Positions 1-10,453 are shown, counted from the stretch's first letter. The stretch is 32,000 bases of DNA from Methylorubrum extorquens (GCA_900234795.1 LT962688.1:5400001-5432000); one strand, 5' to 3'. The notes: generated by a model from the letters alone, not told the origin. Program-made: numbers and translations.

Positions 1-1133
1 GATTGCTGACGGGACCGCTCGACCTGCCGCCAGCGGGTGACGTTGCGCTGGTGACCCTCCAGCGTATCGGCGAAGGCGTGGCCGCCGGTGCCGTCGGCGA
101 CGAAGAACAGATCCTTGGTCCGCGACGGGTTGGCGACCGCCTCCAGAGCCGCACGGCCGGGATTGGCGATCGGGCCGGGCGGTAGGCCCTCGATCACGTA
201 GGTGTTGTAGGGGGTCGCCCGCTCAATCTCCGAGCGCATGATGCCGCGCCCGAGGGTGCCGCGCCCGCCGACCAGGCCGTAGACGATGGTCGGATCGGAT
301 TGCAGCTTCATCCGCTTCTGCAGCCGGTTGACGAACACGCCCGCGACCCGCGGACGCTCGTCGGCCCGGCCGGTCTCCTTCTCGACGATGGAGGCCAACG
401 TCACCATTTCGGCCGGCGTCTTGACCGGCACTTCAGGGCTGCGACGCTGCCAGATCTGATTCAGCACCTCGCGCTGCTTGGAACGCATCAGGTTGAGGAT
501 CTGCTGGCGGGTGGCGCCGCGCTCGAACTTGTAGGTGTCGGGGAGAAGCGAGCCCTCGGGCGGCGTCTCTGAGATCTCGCCCGAGAGGATGTCGTTGTCC
601 CCGAGCCGGGCCACGATCTGCTCCGAGGTCAGGCCCTCGGGGAAGGTGATGGCGTGCTGGACCTGACGCCCGTTGGTCAGGGTCTCGATCGTGTCCTTCA
701 CGCTCGAATGGGCCTTAAACATGTACTCGCCATGCTTCAGCGGCCCCTTGCCGCCGAATCGGGCGGACATCTCGAACAGGCTCGGATGATCGATCACGCC
801 CTCACGGGCGAGGATGCTGGCAATCTCCGAGGTCCCGCTGCGGCTGGGAATCACCACGACCTTGTCGGCGGAGAGCGGCCCCGGCTCGGAGGTCTGGCGA
901 TTGAGCAGGGTCAGGCCGATCAGGGCGCCGAGCGCGAGGACGACGCCGAGGGTGAGGAACCCGCTGATGGTGGCGAGCAGGCCGCCGCGGCGGCGCTCAG
1001 GCTTCTCGGGCGGGGCCGGGGCGACGGTGGGCTTGATGGCCTCGCTCGGGCTGCGCGGCGAAGGCCGGTTCGGAAGCGACGGCTCCTCGGAAGCGGGCGG
1101 CGGAGACGGCGGCTCTTGTCGTCTGCGAAACAT
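1..1133 (-). CDS. mltG: Endolytic murein transglycosylase MltG (YceG-like). The N-terminal and central part is present; the 3' end runs off the left edge of the window.
   Basis: Absent from the ORF track because it has no in-window stop. Hand translation of the minus strand from the ATG at 1133-1131 stays open to position 1. It reads MFRRRQEPPSPPP... (Pro-rich), then a single TM helix (GGLLATISGFLTLGVVLALGALIGLTLL), then ...GEYMFKAHSSVKDTIETLTNGRQVQHAITFPEGLTSEQIV...ASIVEKETGRADERPRVAGVFVNRLQKRMKLQSDPTIVYG...YNTYVIEGLPPGPIANPG. These are YceG-type motifs. The gene sits in the canonical position downstream of fabF. Confidence 0.85.
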   Translation of the reverse strand, partial: MFRRRQEPPSPPPASEEPSLPNRPSPRSPSEAIKPTVAPAPPEKPERRRGGLLATISGFLTLGVVLALGALIGLTLLNRQTSEPGPLSADKVVVIPSRSGTSEIASILAREGVIDHPSLFEMSARFGGKGPLKHGEYMFKAHSSVKDTIETLTNGRQVQHAITFPEGLTSEQIVARLGDNDILSGEISETPPEGSLLPDTYKFERGATRQQILNLMRSKQREVLNQIWQRRSPEVPVKTPAEMVTLASIVEKETGRADERPRVAGVFVNRLQKRMKLQSDPTIVYGLVGGRGTLGRGIMRSEIERATPYNTYVIEGLPPGPIANPGRAALEAVANPSRTKDLFFVADGTGGHAFADTLEGHQRNVTRWRQVERSRQQ

Positions 1134-1395
1134 CCGGAATCCTGCTGTGGCCCTACGCGAAGGTCCGTCCAGAGCCTTCGGCGCCGGTCGCTCGACCCGA
1201 GGGCAGAGCGTGCGACGCCGCGGCACGATGGACGAAGCCTCGAGTGTCTCTCACGAAACGCTCGCTCGTGGACCGGGCGTTTTGTGAGGCAGTGTAAGCA
1301 GTTTTGTGGCGAAATGGCGTTGTCTGCGGCAGAGCCGCCGCAGCCGACGCGCGTTCAGGCCCAGATTGCCAAGGCCAAGGTTGCCGAGGCTGTGG

Positions 1396-2658
<1,263 letters not shown>

Positions 2659-2796
2659 TGCCCGATCCCAACCGATCCGCTTAAGTCCCTAAAGGACGCT
2701 TTTGCCCTGAAGGACCGTTCCGTCCCGCAGGGCGCTTTGTTCAATACGTGACGGCGCGCGGGGCCTCATCGACCCCGCCCGCACGAGCCCACCGCC

Positions 2797-3033
2797 TCAG
2801 GCGGAGTTCTTTTCCAGGAACTTGATCGCGTCACCGACCGTCTGAATGGTCTCGGCCGCGTCGTCCGGAATCTCGACGTTGAACTCCTCCTCGAACGCCA
2901 TCACCAGCTCGACGGTGTCGAGGCTGTCGGCGCCGAGATCGTCGATGAAGTTGGAGGCCTCGGTGACCTTCTCAGGCTCGACGCCCAGGTGCTCGACGAC
3001 GATCTTCTTCACGCGCTCGGCGATATCGCTCAT
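2797..3033 (-). CDS. acpP: Acyl carrier protein
   Basis: An internal ATG (M45 of track ORF 2797..3165) gives the 78-aa protein [18 protein letters not shown]...[21 protein letters not shown], with the DSL phosphopantetheine site. The upstream extension in the track ORF is Arg/Pro-rich junk. Confidence 0.97.
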   Translation of the reverse strand: MSDIAERVKKIVVEHLGVEPEKVTEASNFIDDLGADSLDTVELVMAFEEEFNVEIPDDAAETIQTVGDAIKFLEKNSA

Positions 3034-3296
3034 CGTTGTTGGTCCTCGTCTTCTCGATCGTGATGGTGTGTGCTTCTGACGAAAGCGCCGTGGCCGCCTC
3101 ACCCACTTCGGGGCTTGTTTTGGACGGCCGGTGTTCGATCGCGCGTGGTTTGGAAAAAGCCGCAACCCGCTGAACCGTCAACTCCCCTGCACGGCTGAGC
3201 CGGGTGTTAACACAGGGTTTCCGCTCTGGCGAGTGGCGGTTCAGAAAGCGTTCATCGCCGTGGTTTTCCGGTTGGAACACCTCTTTGTGGACATTC

Positions 3297-4037
3297 TCAG
3301 TACATCGCCATGCCGCCATTGACGTGCAGCGTTTGGCCCGTCACGTAACCCGCTTCTTCCGAGGCGAGATAGACTGCGGCGGCCCCGATTTCGGCGCCCG
3401 TGCCGAGTCGGCCGGCGGGTACGCGGGTGAGAATCGTCTCGCGCTGCTTCTCGTTGAGCGCGTCGGTCATCGCGGAACTGATGAAGCCGGGCGCGATGCA
3501 GTTGACCGTGATCCCGCGCGTCGCAACCTCGGCGGCCAGAGCCTTGGTCATGCCCACCAGCCCGGCCTTGGCCGCCGCGTAGTTGCCCTGGCCCGGATTG
3601 CCGGTGGCACCAACGACCGAGCCGATGCCGATGATGCGGCCGTGGCGGCGTTTCATCATCCCTCTGAGCGCGGCCCGCGACAGGCGGAAGGCGGCGGTCA
3701 GGTTGACGTTGAGCACCGCCTCCCATTCCTCGTCCTTCATCCGCATGAAAAGGTTGTCGCGGGTGATGCCGGCGTTGTTGATCAGGATGTCGAGGCCGCC
3801 GAGCGCTGATTCGGCGGCTGGAAGCAGCGCTTCCACCGCCTCCTTGTCGGCGAGGTTGGCCTCGACCACCGCGACGCGCTCGCCGCCGAGTTCCGCCGCC
3901 AGCTCGTCAAGCACCGCGCGGCGGGTGCCGGACAGCGCGACATGGGCGCCCTGCGCGTGCAGCGCCCGGGCGATCGCCCCGCCGAGTCCGCCGGTCGCGC
4001 CGGTGACGAGGGCCTTGCGGCCGGTGAGGTCGAACAT
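3297..4037 (-). CDS. fabG: 3-oxoacyl-ACP reductase (SDR family)
   Basis: The start is taken at M58 of track ORF 3297..4208 (MFDLTGRKALVTGATGGLGGAIA, a Rossmann TGxxxGxG). The YAAAK (YxxxK) catalytic motif is present. The gene sits between fabD and acpP. Confidence 0.95.
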   Translation of the reverse strand: MFDLTGRKALVTGATGGLGGAIARALHAQGAHVALSGTRRAVLDELAAELGGERVAVVEANLADKEAVEALLPAAESALGGLDILINNAGITRDNLFMRMKDEEWEAVLNVNLTAAFRLSRAALRGMMKRRHGRIIGIGSVVGATGNPGQGNYAAAKAGLVGMTKALAAEVATRGITVNCIAPGFISSAMTDALNEKQRETILTRVPAGRLGTGAEIGAAAVYLASEEAGYVTGQTLHVNGGMAMY

Positions 4038-4146
4038 GGTGTCGGCTCTTCTGGTCGTCGTGGAAATTCGGAGTGCCTCATAAAACGCCCGGTCACCGAT
4101 CGTCTGCCCTTCGGCACGACGGAAAGGGGCGTTTCGTGAGAGACGC

Positions 4147-5079
4147 TCAGGCGTAGGCGGCGACGTCGTCGGGCGTGCCGACCGCGCTTGCGGTCGCGTT
4201 CGGCGCAATCCGCTTGACGAGACCGGTCAGCACCTTGCCGGCGCCGAGTTCGAAGAAGCGGTCGACGCCCGCCTCGGCCATGGCGGCGACGCTCTCGCTC
4301 CAGCGCACGGTTCCGGTGACTTGGGTGATCAGCGCGTTGCGGATCGCGTCGGGCTCGGTGAGCGGGCCGGCGGTGACGTTGGCATAGACCGGCACGGCGG
4401 GGGCGTGCATCGGCACCTCGGCCAGCGCCCGGCGCATCGCTTCGGCGGCGGGCGCCATCAGCGCGCAATGGAACGGGGCGGAGACGTTGAGGAGCACCGC
4501 GCGGCGCACGCCGCGGCTCTGTGCCAGCGCCATCGCCCGCTCCACCGCCTCCCGGTGGCCGGAGAGCACGACCTGCCCCCCACCGTTGTCGTTGGCGACA
4601 TCGCAGACCAGACCCTCCGCCGCCTCGCTGGCGATGTCGCGGGCGGAGGCGAGATCGGGCCCGATCAGCGCAGCCATGGCGCCGATGCCCGGCGCGACGG
4701 CCCGCTGCATCGCCTCGCCGCGAATCCGCAGCAGGCGGGCGGTATCGGAAATCGAGAAGGTGCCGGCGGCTGCGAGCGCCGAATATTCACCGAGGGAATG
4801 GCCGGCGACGAAGGCCGCATCGCGCGCGAGATCCAGGCCGCGCTCGGCTTCCAGCGTGCGCAAAACGGCCAGGCTCGCTGCCATCAGCGCCGGCTGGGCG
4901 TTGGCCGTCAGCGTCAGCTCGTCGGACGGACCCTCGAACATCAGGCGCGAGAGGTTCTGGCCGAGCGCCGCATCGACCTCCTCGAACACCTGCCGGGCTG
5001 CCGGAAACGCTTCGCTCAGCGCCTTGCCCATGCCGACGGCCTGGCTGCCCTGACCCGGAAAAATGAACGCTCGCGTCAT
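4147..5079 (-). CDS. fabD: Malonyl-CoA:ACP transacylase
   Basis: The start is at M19 of track ORF 4147..5133 (MTRAFIFPGQGSQAVGMG). The active-site motif GHSLGEYSAL is present. It is the first gene of the fab cluster. Confidence 0.95.
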   Translation of the reverse strand: MTRAFIFPGQGSQAVGMGKALSEAFPAARQVFEEVDAALGQNLSRLMFEGPSDELTLTANAQPALMAASLAVLRTLEAERGLDLARDAAFVAGHSLGEYSALAAAGTFSISDTARLLRIRGEAMQRAVAPGIGAMAALIGPDLASARDIASEAAEGLVCDVANDNGGGQVVLSGHREAVERAMALAQSRGVRRAVLLNVSAPFHCALMAPAAEAMRRALAEVPMHAPAVPVYANVTAGPLTEPDAIRNALITQVTGTVRWSESVAAMAEAGVDRFFELGAGKVLTGLVKRIAPNATASAVGTPDDVAAYA

Positions 5080-5275
5080 GTCGTCCCGTCGCCTCGGCGC
5101 CGGAACGGATGCACCGGCGGATCGGTGTCCCATCCGATGTCACGCGGTACCGTTGCCGTCACGAGAGGGACTGGCGGTACCCGGATCGTCGGGAACTCCG
5201 TTTAAGGTGCGGCGCAGTCGCATCACGTGCGGCGAGTGTCAACAATGCGCTGCACAAGATCAGAGCAGCGGAAAA

Positions 5276-5323
5276 GCCAAGCTCGACCACGGAATCGGGT
5301 GCCCAATCACGGTCGAGCTTGGC
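5276..5323. other. Perfect 13-bp inverted repeat (GCCAAGCTCGACC / GGTCGAGCTTGGC) with a 22-nt loop. It lies in the divergent gap between fabD and the 5398 ORF.
   Basis: Read directly from the sequence. On the minus strand the stem is followed by TTTTCC, so it could act as a minus-strand terminator or insulator upstream of the fab operon. The function is unproven. Confidence 0.45.
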
Positions 5324-5397
5324 CTGCGCCCTCGAACATTATCGATGTCGGGATCAGAACCGGGTCCATTTCCGCGCATTGATCGAGAGGCCCTCGC

Positions 5398-5754
5398 GTG
5401 GATGGGCCCTGCGAGACACACGCCATGTTCCGCACGATGTATCCCCAGGAGGCTGTCGGGCACGCCCATGCCCTGATCGGCGCCTACGAGACCGCCCATT
5501 CCGGGCTCGCCCGAATCTCGCACGAGTTCCGCCGTGACTTGTGCCTGGCCCTGGACAGACTCGGGCCCGGCGCGGCGCCCTATCTGCGGGTCGTCCGCAG
5601 CGATCTCGAAGATCGCACCTCGGCAGCGCGCGCGACGTGGCCGCTCTGGATCGACCGGCTCACCGACCCGATGATCGATCGCCGCCTGATCGCGTCCCGT
5701 GCGCTGCTCGACGCCGTCGAGAGCGAAGCCGACGCCCGTGGGATGATTCTTTGA
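5398..5754 (+). CDS. Hypothetical protein (118 aa; about 109 aa if it starts at the ATG at 5425)
   Basis: GTG start at 5398 preceded by GAGAGG about 8 nt upstream. Third-position G+C is very high and the amino-acid composition is balanced (…YPQEAVGHAHALIGAYETAHSGLARISHEFRRDLCLALDRLG…). The antisense ORF 5260..5793 is Arg/Gly-rich junk. I recognise no family. Confidence 0.6.
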   Translation: MDGPCETHAMFRTMYPQEAVGHAHALIGAYETAHSGLARISHEFRRDLCLALDRLGPGAAPYLRVVRSDLEDRTSAARATWPLWIDRLTDPMIDRRLIASRALLDAVESEADARGMIL

Positions 5755-5814
5755 CGATTCCGTTCCGAAGCCTCGATTACCGGCTTCGTACAAACGGCGT
5801 TCCCGGCGCCGTGA

Positions 5815-7008
5815 CTAAGCGGCGACGAGCAGGTTCGGCCGGCGCGAGCGCTCGGCCAGATCGGCGCGCGCCCGGTCCAGGGCCTCGGCGACGCCGAGGG
5901 CGGCGCGTGCGATGTCCGCATCGGAATGCTCGGCGGTGACGTGCATCCGCAGGCGGCTGGCCTCGCCTGACGCGGTGAGATCGACCAGCAGGCCGAGTTC
6001 GATCAGGCGCGGTGCGGCAAGGCGGGCGAGTTCGCCGGAGCCGATCGCGACGGAGACGCTGGTGCAGGGCTCGCCGCAGACGGTCAGCGCCCGCTCCCGC
6101 AGGGCCGTGCGCAGGTTCAGCACGTTGCGCATCAGCCGGGCGCGGCGTTCACACCCGTCGGCCTCGTCGATGAGGGTGAAGGCCTTGAGGAGCACCGCGA
6201 TTTGAATCGGCGAGAGCGCCTGCGCATCGGCCTCGGCGGCCCGCAGACAGGCCGTGACCGCGCGGGTGCGGGCGGCGACGAAGCCGCCGTTCGAGGCGAA
6301 GCTCTTCGTGAAGCTGCCGGTGACCAAGTCGGCCTTGCCCAGCATGTCCTGGAGGCCGAGATGGCCGCGCCCGTCCTCGCCGAGGCAGCCCAGATCTTGG
6401 GTGACGTCCACGAGGAGCGTCGCACCGTACTCGTCACAGAGCGTGCGCAGGGCGGCGAGGTCCGGCGTTCCGGAATCGAGCGGCGACAGGCTCTCGGTCA
6501 CGACGAGGATGCCGTTCTCGGCGTCGCGCGCCCGGATGGCCCGGAGCCGGGCGCGGCAATGCTCGGCATCGAGATGGCGGAACGGGTGGAGGTGTGCGGT
6601 GGCCGCCTCGGCACTCTCCCGGAGGCCGCTCCGGATGGCGGCGTCGATCACCACGTGGTCGGTCGAGCGCACGAGGCCGCGGATCACGGTGCGGGCCGCG
6701 GCACGGCCGGTCGCGCAGAGCAGAGCCTCCTCCATCTGAAGGAAGTCGGCGATCCGGCGCTCCAACGCCACCGAGAGGCCGGGATCGCCGGCCTCGGCTG
6801 CGGCGCAGACGCTGCGCACGCCGAAGCGGCGGAGGGTGTCGGCGGCGGTGGCCACGATCTCCGGGTGGGTCGAGAGGCCGAGGCAATCCTGCGAGGCGAA
6901 GTCGAGCCCACGGACGGGGCGGTCGCCGAACGAGGCGGCCTTCGGCAGAAGGTGGACGCCGTCCGTGCGATCCCGGTCCGTCGCGTCGGTCTGTTCACGA
7001 TGTCTCAT
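5815..7008 (-). CDS. PLP-dependent alpha-oxoamine synthase family protein (AONS/KBL/SPT/ALAS-like), divergent
   Basis: 397 aa. It has FASQDCLGLSTHP (family consensus xSNDYLGL), the Schiff-base lysine context GSFTKSFASNGGF, and LLVDVTQDLGCLGEDGRG, which aligns with the family motif DDAHGxGxxGxxGRG. Confidence 0.85.
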   Translation of the reverse strand: MRHREQTDATDRDRTDGVHLLPKAASFGDRPVRGLDFASQDCLGLSTHPEIVATAADTLRRFGVRSVCAAAEAGDPGLSVALERRIADFLQMEEALLCATGRAAARTVIRGLVRSTDHVVIDAAIRSGLRESAEAATAHLHPFRHLDAEHCRARLRAIRARDAENGILVVTESLSPLDSGTPDLAALRTLCDEYGATLLVDVTQDLGCLGEDGRGHLGLQDMLGKADLVTGSFTKSFASNGGFVAARTRAVTACLRAAEADAQALSPIQIAVLLKAFTLIDEADGCERRARLMRNVLNLRTALRERALTVCGEPCTSVSVAIGSGELARLAAPRLIELGLLVDLTASGEASRLRMHVTAEHSDADIARAALGVAEALDRARADLAERSRRPNLLVAA

Positions 7009-7377
7009 GCCATCCCGTCCGATGCCGCGCCAATCTCGAGATCCGACTTTCGGCGGTGGCGGCTTGCCATCGGGTTAAACGGCAACGGTCCAGAGAAAAT
7101 GCATCAGCGCGTATTTAACGAAATGCTTCTTTCGCCGTTTCGAACTGATCGCCGATTTCGCGCTTCAGTGTCGAGATGATGGGGGCGCCGGCCCGGCTAA
7201 ACTTATCGAAACGTGAATCGAGGCTGACGGAAATCTTTCGCAAACCATTTTGGCGCGGCCCGGATGGGGTGCTGCCTCCCGGCAATGATGAATGCAGCTG
7301 CCCTTTGAACGGTTGGGGGCGCCGCCTTGGCCAGGCGACGCCCCCGAGCGTCGTGCACAACGGAGTTCCGCGTCGGA

Positions 7378-8451
7378 TCAGATCACCGGAAGCCCCGCCA
7401 TGCTCGCGCCGATCCTGTAGCCGTCGCCGAAGAGGGCTTCGTGCGCGAAGTAGTAGACACCGAGGAACAGCATCAGCGCGCTGGCATAATAGACCGGCGC
7501 CAGAACCACGTCCCGGCGGGTGGCGGGGACCCGGACGTCGTCGGCGGCGATGGCGATCAGGACCGCGATGATGCCCGAGTGGCCGATGGCGTCGACCTTG
7601 CCGAATTCGAAGATGGCCGAGATGAAGACCGCCGTCAGGATGATCGCCGAGGCGCGGCGCACCAGGGGCGTCCAGATCAGAGCGAAGGCCAGCGTGAACT
7701 CGATGATGCCGGCGGCCTGCATGAAGAGTTCCGGCGAGGCGCCCATCGTCATGGCCGGCTTGGCGGCGATGAGCGGATCGGTCCAGTGCGGGTAGGCCCA
7801 CTTCTCGACCGAGGCCCACATCAGGGTGATCGCGGCGGCGATGCGCACCACGTCGATCGGGCGCTGGCCGAACAGGTCGCGATCGAGGGCGGTCAGGGCG
7901 AGGAAGGCGGCCACGCCGAGGAACACCGGATAATCAGCGAGATGGAAGACGCCGTAGTTCCAGACAGCGAAGCCGAACAGGAACACGATGCCGGCGGCGG
8001 TGAAGGGAAGGGTGCGATTCCAGAGCAGACCGGCGGCCATGGCGAGCTGGAGCCACGGGATCCAGGTGGCATCGGTCTTCAGCTCCGGCGTCAGGATGAT
8101 GCCGCCGAGGTTCCAGAGCGAGACGAGGAAGAAGCCGACCACCGCCCGCACGATCAGGCCGCTATGGACCCGAGCCGACGCGGTGACGCGGTCCAGCGCG
8201 TTGAGGAGCGCGGTGCCGAGCGGCGTGCCCTCCATCAGACAGCCGAACATCAGGCAGACGAGCGCCAATCCGGTGAGAAGCTCGAAGTCGGCGCAGAGAA
8301 CCTGTTCGAGGCCGCGGGGCTGCCCGGCGACGTCGAACGCACAAAACCATTTGACGTGGGCGCTGGCCGCCCCGGTCCCGAAAATTAGAAAGCCTGCTGC
8401 GCCTGCAAGCATGAGAGGAGAGCGCACCCAGAAGCTGGACACGTGAGACAT
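7378..8451 (-). CDS. Polytopic inner-membrane protein of unknown function, roughly 9-10 predicted TM helices
   Basis: 357-aa ORF that is hydrophobic throughout. The N-terminus looks like a signal peptide (…AGAAGFLIFGTGAASA|HVKWF…). No family name is recognised from the sequence alone. Confidence 0.8.
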   Translation of the reverse strand: MSHVSSFWVRSPLMLAGAAGFLIFGTGAASAHVKWFCAFDVAGQPRGLEQVLCADFELLTGLALVCLMFGCLMEGTPLGTALLNALDRVTASARVHSGLIVRAVVGFFLVSLWNLGGIILTPELKTDATWIPWLQLAMAAGLLWNRTLPFTAAGIVFLFGFAVWNYGVFHLADYPVFLGVAAFLALTALDRDLFGQRPIDVVRIAAAITLMWASVEKWAYPHWTDPLIAAKPAMTMGASPELFMQAAGIIEFTLAFALIWTPLVRRASAIILTAVFISAIFEFGKVDAIGHSGIIAVLIAIAADDVRVPATRRDVVLAPVYYASALMLFLGVYYFAHEALFGDGYRIGASMAGLPVI

Positions 8452-8758
8452 GGAGCCGCCGAAACGGGAGGGAAGTTCGTTGTGCAGGAGAAACTTAGCG
8501 CAATCCGATGGGCCTCGCTAAGGCTTTGTTTACCCACTTGAACGATTGGTTAACGGGGATTGTGTAACAAACGTTATGCAACCTCGGGGCGTTCGACATG
8601 CCCGGTCGATGCGTCGTCTTCCCAGGGTGATTGGCGAACCTGTGGAGAACGGGGGTAGCGGGGATGCCCAGCAGTGCGGCGGGCGCGTTAACGCTTCGGA
8701 AGGCCGTGTTGATGACGGCTGGACCGGCGCCGCGCGGGTCGCTCGATCGGGACAATGA

Positions 8759-8923
8759 ATGATTGCACTGCTCAGCCTCGTCAGCCTGACCTGCGGCCTC
8801 GCTCTCGCCGGACAGGCGCCGCGCTTTCCCGGCTGGACGGCACGGATGGAGATGGCCGGCGGTCTCTCGCTCGTGACGGGTCTCGCCACGGTGGGGGCCG
8901 GACTGAAGGCCTACTGCATCTGA
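8759..8923 (+). CDS. Small hydrophobic protein, 54 aa, two predicted TM segments. It is below the ORF-track size cutoff.
   Basis: ATG at 8759 (+1 frame relative to track ORF 8755..8937). It translates as MIALLSLVSLTCGLALAGQAPRFPGWTARMEMAGGLSLVTGLATVGAGLKAYCI*. Third-position G+C is high. The RBS is weak (GGGA). Confidence 0.4.
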   Translation: MIALLSLVSLTCGLALAGQAPRFPGWTARMEMAGGLSLVTGLATVGAGLKAYCI

Positions 8924-8982
8924 GCCGCATGTTTTGAGTCCGGCCCGCGAACGGACCGGATCACAGGATCAAACGTGCGGGC

Positions 8983-10348
8983 TCAGTCGCGCCGCCGCAG
9001 AAGGCTCGCGAAGAACCCGTCGAGCCCGCCCGCCCGCCCGATGCCACCCACGACGTGAGAGGGCAGGGTGCGCAGGTCGCCCGAGGCGTCGATCAGCTCG
9101 GCATGGCCGGACAACCGGTCGGGCGTGATCGCGATCCGCTCGAAATCCGGATTGCGGGCCAGGAACGCCGCCACCTGTGCGCTGCCTTCCTCGGGCTCCA
9201 GGGAGCAAGTGCAGTAGACCAAGCGACCGCCGGGGCGCGTCAGCCGCGCGGCCTTGTCGAGCAGGCGGCGCTGCAGACCGGCCAAGCGGACCACGTCCGC
9301 TTCGCTCTTCGTCCAGACGACATCGGGATGGCGACGGATGGTGCCGGTCGCCGAGCAGGGCGCATCGAGCAGCACCGCGTCGAAGGGCGCGTCCTCCGGC
9401 AGAGCGAGGGCATCGGCGGTGACCACTTCGGCGGAGAGGCCGAGGCGTTCGAGGTTCCGCCCGAGGCGTTCCAGCCGCACAGCAGAGCGGTCCACCGCCG
9501 TCACCGCGGCGCCGGCGGCGGCCATCTGGGCTGTCTTGCCGCCGGGTGCTGCGCAGAGATCGACGACGCGCTCGCCCGGGACAGGCGCGAGCAGCCGCAC
9601 CGGCAGGGCAGCGGCGGCATCCTGCACCCACCAAGCACCTTCCGCGTAGCCGGGAAGCTCGGCCACCGCCTGCCGCACCTCGGCGAGCCGCACCGATCCG
9701 AGATCGAGTCGGATGCCCCCCGAGCCGTTCGGCCCAGATCTCGGGATCGTGGGGAATCGTGAGATCGACGGCCGCGCCTTCGAGATGTGCGACGGCGATG
9801 CGGCGCGCCGTCTCCTCACCGTAGGCGGCCTGCCAGCGCCGGGCGAGCCAATCCGGGGTGTTATGGGCGAGCGGATCGCTCTCCTGCGCCCGGATCGCGT
9901 CACGCTCGCGCGCGATCCGGCGCAGAACGGCGTTGACGAGGGGCACGAGGTGCTGGAGCTGCGGATCAGCTTTGGCGAGGCGCACCGAGAGATCGACGGC
10001 GGCGTGGTCGGCCACCGCCAGATCGAGGATCTGCGCCGCACCCGTCACCAGCAGGGCGAGGAGGTGGGGCCTATCCTCCGGCAAGCCATCCCGCAGGCGG
10101 GCGGCGAGCGCCGCCTTGATGAAGCCGAGGCGGCGGAAGCTCGCCGTGGCGATCGCTCGAGCCAGCGCGGCTTCTCCCGCATCCAACCCTGCGCCGCGGG
10201 CGGCCTGGGCGAGCGCGTCCTCAAGCGCCAGGCCGCGGGCGGGGCCGAGCAGGGTCGCCACCGCTTCCCGCGCGGCATGGCGTGCCGCAAGGCCGGGGAC
10301 CGACGGGTCGAAGGGGGGCGGCGGGCGGCGGTTGGGGGTCGGTGCCAC
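8983..10348 (-). pseudogene. rsmB: 16S rRNA (cytosine967-C5)-methyltransferase RsmB/Sun, interrupted by a +1 frameshift at the C6 run 9716-9721
   Basis: The N-terminal NusB-like part (…AREAVATLLGP…LLVTGAAQILDLAVADHAAVDLSVRLAK…NTPDWLARRWQAAYGEETARRIAVAHLEGAAVDLTIPHDPEIWAERLGG) sits in the frame of track ORF 8969..11551. The methyltransferase part (…IRLDLGSVRLAE…DLCAAPGGKT…DAPCSATGTIRRHPD…YCTCSLEPEE…) sits in the frame of ORF 8983..10041. The likely start is the GTG at 10348. Confidence 0.85.
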
Positions 10349-10453
10349 GCGTAAAGGGCCGTTCTGGGCTAAAAGGGATCGGTGGGGTCTCGCCCCCGGA
10401 GCCGACGCAGTCACATCTGTCGGCGAGGGATGCAAGTTATGAAGGAGATCGGC

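Noticed and set aside
7115-7243. Possible 42-codon minus-strand ORF (TTG start; …FDKFSRAGAPIISTLKREIGDQFETAKEAFR*) in the gap between the membrane protein gene and the oxoamine synthase gene
   Set aside because: It has only a TTG start with no SD. Third-position G+C is only about 60%, far below the neighbouring genes. It is the tail of a long out-of-frame ORF (7115..7819), so the evidence is insufficient.
8538-8580. GAAC-N7-TAAC and GTTAAC-containing motifs resembling an alphaproteobacterial LexA (GAAC-N7-GAAC) box upstream of the membrane protein gene
   Set aside because: It has one mismatch in a short, degenerate motif and no SOS-related gene context, so a chance occurrence is likely.
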